A DNA stretch of 64,000 nt, taken from the NCBI RefSeq assembly GCF_044704955.1, contig NC_091986.1, forward strand, positions 166,408,001 to 166,472,000. The letters are read 5' to 3'. Made by a program: the position numbers and the translations under genes. Every line of letters starts with the position of its first letter. The first letter of the stretch is position 1. Positions 58,824 through 64,000 of the stretch are shown here, piece by piece. This stretch comes from Pristiophorus japonicus (taxonomy: Eukaryota). The notes under the pieces were generated by a model, which was not told the origin of the DNA, did not search any database, and was given only the letters and a program-made list of their open reading frames with translations.

Positions 58824-58925
58824 TTTCAGCTTAATCAAAATAAAATGAATTTTGCTACATTGAGAAATATTCAAGGACTACATGCTCCACTAAGGTTGCA
58901 AATGGAATACAAAGCAGTGAAGCAG
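58824..58925 (+). CDS. POMP: POMP exon 4 (FQLNQNKMNFATLRNIQGLHAPLRLQMEYKAVKQ)
   Basis: CAG acceptor, GTAAGC donor, 102 nt; strong match to the POMP LRNIQGL.APL.LQME motif. Remaining exons lie beyond the window. Confidence 0.97.
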
Positions 58926-60124
58926 GTAAGCTGGTTTGTTTGGATACTTTCAGTAATAAAAAATAATTGCATTGTTAATTTTTTTTGATGTATATGAACA
59001 GTACATGGAGCGGTTAATTTGTGTATACTTTCTGCAACCATGCACATTGAAAGCGTTGTACTATATATTTTATACTGGGTATGTGCAAATTCAGCTGCAG
59101 TTTGTGTATACAAGCTTATGTGTGTATTGCTAATGATTGAGATCAGCTGCAGACCTGTTTTTACTGACTCCTGTTTCTCCAAGGTTCATATAATTGTCCA
59201 CCTTGCTAATAAGACACTTATTGGTTACTCGTGAATCTCCTATAGCTTTGCCCATGCAAAGTCAGGATAAAGTGAATTTTCCTTCATGCATTAATTAAGT
59301 TATGGGGATTTATAGTTTTTGGAGCTTATGTAGCTCCAGCTGATGCTGGTAGTGTGTATCTGCTTCATGAATGAGGAGTGTGTGATATACATAGCAAATT
59401 TAATGTAGATACGGTGTGGAGCAAATACAGAAAATACTGAACACTCAACAGATCAGTCAGCATATATGGAGAGAACAGCCGAGTTGATGTTTTGGATGTG
59501 AAACCTTCATCAGAACTGTAAACGATACAAATGAACAGTACCTTTTTAAAAGGGGAGAGAGGAAACAGTGCTTAAGTGGAAAATAGAAGGTGGTTAAATG
59601 ATTGAAGTAATATTGACAGGACAGTAGAAGGCATATGAGTGAAATAAAGACATTTACAAGACCCAGAATATGTGAATAGCGGGAGGAACCTGAAAATAGA
59701 TTCAGTAGGGAGGGGAGTAAAGCTGGAATTAGAAAGCAAAAATAAAGTGAGTTTGAAGGAGAGAGGAAATAAGCAGGAAAAAAGGGTTTAAAAAAACAAA
59801 TTTAAAGGCTCTTTGTGTAAATGCACGTAGCATTCATAACAAAATAGAAGAGTTGATGGCACAAATAGATACAAATGGGTATGATCTGTTCGCTATTAGA
59901 GATGTGGTTGCAAGGTGACCAGGACTGGGAACTAAATAGTCTGGGATATTTGATAATCTGGAAAGACAGACAAACAAAGGAAAAGGAGGTGGGGTAGCTC
60001 TGTTGATAAAGGATGGAATCACTGCAATAGTGAGAAATGATATTGGCTCAAATGATCAGGATGTTGAAACAGTTTGGGTGGAGATGAGGAATAATGGGAA
60101 AAAGTCACTGGTGGGCGTAATCTA

Positions 60125-60665
60125 TCATCCTCCTCCATAGGCAGTCCCTCGAAACGAGGATGACTTGCTTCCATGCCAAAAAAGGTAAGTTCAAATGAAG
60201 GACCTAAAGTTCCAGGTCCTGAGCTACATCCTGAAGGATGGAAGATGCTTGTGCGTGGACTTTTTTAACGTGTGGTGGCCATTGCACACTAGCCACCACA
60301 CGGGCTTGACCTTGGTCCAGTGGCAAGGATTACCCAAGATGACTGGAGACCAGCTCTGCTGCATGGACCTACTGCGCGCACACATCGCAGAGTGGGCTGT
60401 CCCTGGGCCCCTGGCCCCGGACTCACGCCTCTCCTAGACCCCGATCATGTCCCTCTACAAACTCTCGCCGCTCCTGCTGTACCTGCCCACGCTCCAATCA
60501 CTGACGTGGACCTTGATGTCACTCTTCACTGCCATCGCAGCTCGTGCTCTCCCTGAAGTGGCATGCCTCCATGCTGCTCCCAGACCGCTGCTCGTCGCTC
60601 CTTTCATGGCCCCGACCTGCCACTGGTGTTATCGTCACCAGGTCGGGGCCTCCACGCTGCTCCTA
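60125..60665 (-). mobile_element. Short RTE-tailed element inserted in CR1
   Basis: Same family as 20646-21220; imperfect TSD GCGTAATCTAT/GCGAAGTCTAT. Confidence 0.8.
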
Positions 60666-61628
60666 GGCGAAGTCTATAGGCCCCCTAACAATAACAACTC
60701 TGTCGGAGTATAAACCAGGAAATAGTGGGGGCTTCTAAAAAGGGCACAGCAATAATCATGGGTGATTTTAACCTCCACATTGCTTGGACAAATCAAATTG
60801 GTCTGGGTAGCCTTGAGGCACAGTTCATAGAGCGCATAAGGGACTGGTTCCTTGAGTGGTATGTAATAGAACCAACCAGGGGGCAGGCCATTAGATCTGG
60901 TCCTGCGCAATGAGACAGGATTAATAAACAATCTCCTAGTAAAGGATCCCCTTGGAATGAATGGTTGAATTTCAAATTCAGATGGAGGGTGAGAAAGTTG
61001 GATCTCAAACCAGCGTACTAAGCTTAAATAAAGGAAATGACAAAGGTATGAGGGCGGAGTTGGCTAAAGTGGACTGGGAAAATAGATTAAAGTGTAGGGT
61101 GGTTGGTGAACAGTGGTGTACATTTAAAGAGATATTTCACAACTCAAGAAAAATACGTTCCATTGTGGAGGAAAGGGTGTAAAAGAAAAAATAGCCATCT
61201 GTGGCTAACTAAAGAAATAAAGGACGGTATCCAATTAAAAACAAGGGCATACAAAGTGGCCAAAACTAGTGGGAGGACAGAAGATTGGGAAGCTTTTAAA
61301 AGCCAGCAAAGAATGACTCAAAAAATGATTAAGAAAGGGAAGATAGATTATGAAAGTAAACTAGCATGAAATATAAAAACAGATGGCAAGAGTTTCTATA
61401 GGTATATAAAAAAAGCAAAGAGTGGCTAAAATGAATGTTGGTTTCTTAGAGGACAAGACCAGGGAATTAGTAAAGGGGAACATGGAGATGGCCAAAACTC
61501 TGAACAAATATTTTGTATCAGTCTTTACGGTAAAGGACACTAACAATATCCCAACAGTGGATAGTCAAGGGGCTATAGGGGGGGAGGAACTTAACACGAT
61601 CACTAAGGAGGTGGTACTCCGTAAGATA

Positions 61629-62939
61629 TCATCGTCATAGGCAGTCCCTCAGAATTGAGGAAGACTTGCTTCCATTCCTGAAGTGAGTTCTTTGGTGGCT
61701 TAACAGTCCAATATGAGAGCCACAGACTTTCACATGTGGGACAGATAGTCGTTGAGGGAAGGGGTGGGTGGGACTGGTTTGCCGCTCGCTCTTTCCGCTG
61801 GCTGGGCTTGATTTCTGCATGCTCTCAGCGTTGAGACTCTGTGCTCAGCGCCCTCCTGGATGCACTTCCTCCACTTAGGGCGGTCTTTGGCCAGGGACTC
61901 CCAGGTGTCAATAGGGATCTCGCATTTTATCAGGGAGGCTTTGAGGGTGTCCTTGTAACGTTGCCGCTGCCCACCCTTGACTCATTTGCTGTGAAGGAGC
62001 TCTGAGTAGAGCACTTGCTTTGGGAGTCTCGTGTCTGGCATGCGAACTATGTGGCCTGCCCAGCAGAGCTGATCGAATGTGGTCAGTGCTTCAATGCTGG
62101 GGATGTTAGCCTGGACGAGGAAGCTGATGTTGGTGCGTCTGTCCTCCCAAGGGATTTGTAGGATCTTGCGGAGACATCGTTGGTGATATTTTTCCAGCGA
62201 CTTGAGGTGTCTGCTCTACATGGTCCATTTCTTTGAGCCATACAGGAGGGTGAGTATTATTACAGCCCTGTAGACTGAGCTTTGGCAGTTTTGAGGGCCT
62301 GGTCTTCAAACACTTTTTTTTTTTTTCCTGAGGCGGCTGAAGGCTGCACTGGTGCACTGGAGGCGGTGTTGGATCTCGTCGTCAATGCCTGCTCTTGTTG
62401 ATAGGAGGCTCCCGAGATATGGGACGTGGTCCACTGTGTCCAGGGCCGTGCCGTGGATCTTGATGACTGAGGGACAGTGCTGTGTTGCAAGGACAGACTG
62501 GTGGAGGACCTTTGTCTTACGGATATTTAGCGTAAGACCCATGCTTTCGTATGCCTCAGTAAATAAGTCGACTATATGCTGGAGTTCAGCCTCTATGTGC
62601 GTAGACGCAGGCGTCGTCTGCATACTGTAGCTCAACGACAGAGGTTGGGGTGGTCTTGGACTTGGCCTGGAAACGGCGCAGGTTGAACAGGTTCCCACTG
62701 ATTCTGTAGTTTAGTTCCACTCCAGCGGGGAGCTTGTTGACTGCGAGGTGGAGCATGGCATCGAGAAAGATTGAGAAGAGGGTTGGGGCGATAACGCAGC
62801 CCTGTTTGACCCCGGTCCGGACGTGGATTGGGTCTGTGATGGATCCGTAGGTAAGGATCACGGTCTGCATGCTGTTGTGGAGCAGGCAGAGAATGGTGAT
62901 GAACTTTTGGGGGCATCCGAAACGGAGGGTGACTCTTTG
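61629..62939 (-). mobile_element. RTE LINE, 5'-truncated, inserted in CR1
   Basis: GVKQGCVIAPTLF, LQYADD, PYLGS; 13-bp TSD ACTCCGTAAGATA/ACTCAGTAAGATA. Confidence 0.93.
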
Positions 62940-64000
62940 ACTCAGTAAGATAATGGGACTAAAGGCAGATAAATCCCCTGAACCTGATGGCTTGCATCCT
63001 CGGGTCTTAAGAGAAGTAGCGGCAGGGATAGTGGATGCATTGGTTGTAATTTACCAAAATTCCCTGGATTCTGGGTGAGGTCCCAGCAGATTGGAAAACT
63101 GCAAATGTAACGCCTCTATTTAATAAAGGAGCAAACAAAAAGCAGGAAACTATAGACCACTTAGCCTAACATCTGCGGTTGGGAAAATGTTGGAATCCAT
63201 TAAAGAAGCAGTAGCAGGACATTTGGAAAAACATAATTCAGTCAGGCAGAGTCAGCATGGATTTATGAAAGGGAAGTCATGCTTGACAAATTTGCTGAAA
63301 TTCTTTGAGGATGTAACGAACAGGGTGGATAAAGGGGAACCAGTGGATGTGGTGTATTTGGACTTCCAGAAGGCATTTGACAAGGTGCCACATAAAAGGT
63401 TACTGCACAAGATAAAAGTTCACAGGGTTGGGGTAATATATTAGCATGGATAGAGGATCAGCTAACAGAGGACTGGAGAAATTTAGAATTCAGCAGAGGA
63501 GGGCGAGGGTTTAATTCGGAGGGGGAAAATAGAGTATGAGAATAAGCTTGCAGGGGACATAAAAACTGACTGCAAAAGCTTCTATAGATATGTGAAGTGA
63601 AAGAGATTAGTGAAGACTAATGTTGGTCCCTTGCAATCAGAATCAGGTGAATTCATAATGGGGAACAAGGAACTGGCAGACCAATTGAACAAATACTTTG
63701 GTTCTGTCTTCACTAAGGAAGACACGAATAACCTCCCGAAAATACTAGGGGACTGAGGGTCTAGCGAGAAGGGAGAACTGAGGGAAATCCTTATTAGTCA
63801 GGAAATGGTGTGAAGGAAATTGAAGGGACTGAAGGCCGATAAATCCCCAGGGCCTGATAGTCTGCGTCCCAGAGTACTTAAGGAAGTGGCCCTAGAAATA
63901 GTATATGCATTGGTGGTCATTTTTCAACATTCCATTGAGTCTGGTTCAGTTCCAATAGATTGGAGGGTAGCTCATGTAACCCCACTTTTTTAAAAAAAAG

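Larger units (their letters stand above)
59800..64000 (+). mobile_element. CR1 ORF2 remnants with nested insertions; switches to a second CR1 piece near 63465
   Basis: APE start (NARSI..K), GDFN, QHGF, YLDFQKAF; after about 63465 an earlier ORF2 segment of the 34316-type subfamily restarts. Confidence 0.88.

Overview
Repeat-rich vertebrate genomic DNA, most likely from a shark or other cartilaginous fish (inferred from the CR1, Deu-type SINE, LF-SINE-like, Penelope-like and Harbinger repertoire). Two host genes sit head-to-head. On the minus strand is a signal-peptide first exon with a CRE/ETS/TATA promoter (11775-12238), assigned to FLT1/VEGFR1 by exon structure and synteny. On the plus strand are coding exons 1-4 of POMP (39958-58925). 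The rest is mostly nested transposons: CR1 and RTE LINEs, SINEs, two Harbinger elements, a hAT-Charlie element, a solo LTR and three Gypsy-type LTR elements. The most unusual object is a structurally complete 3.4-kb non-autonomous Gypsy element (16250-19644; both LTRs, PBS, PPT, AAGGT TSD). Its RT/RNase H/integrase region is replaced by two RNA-binding cargos: a CIRBP/RBM3-like RRM fragment in frame with the protease, and an antisense ADAD1-like dsRNA-binding domain with its own splice acceptor and a BC-box-like motif. A related gag-protease-only element with different cargo lies at 32315-38027. All family assignments come from motif recognition, not database searches.
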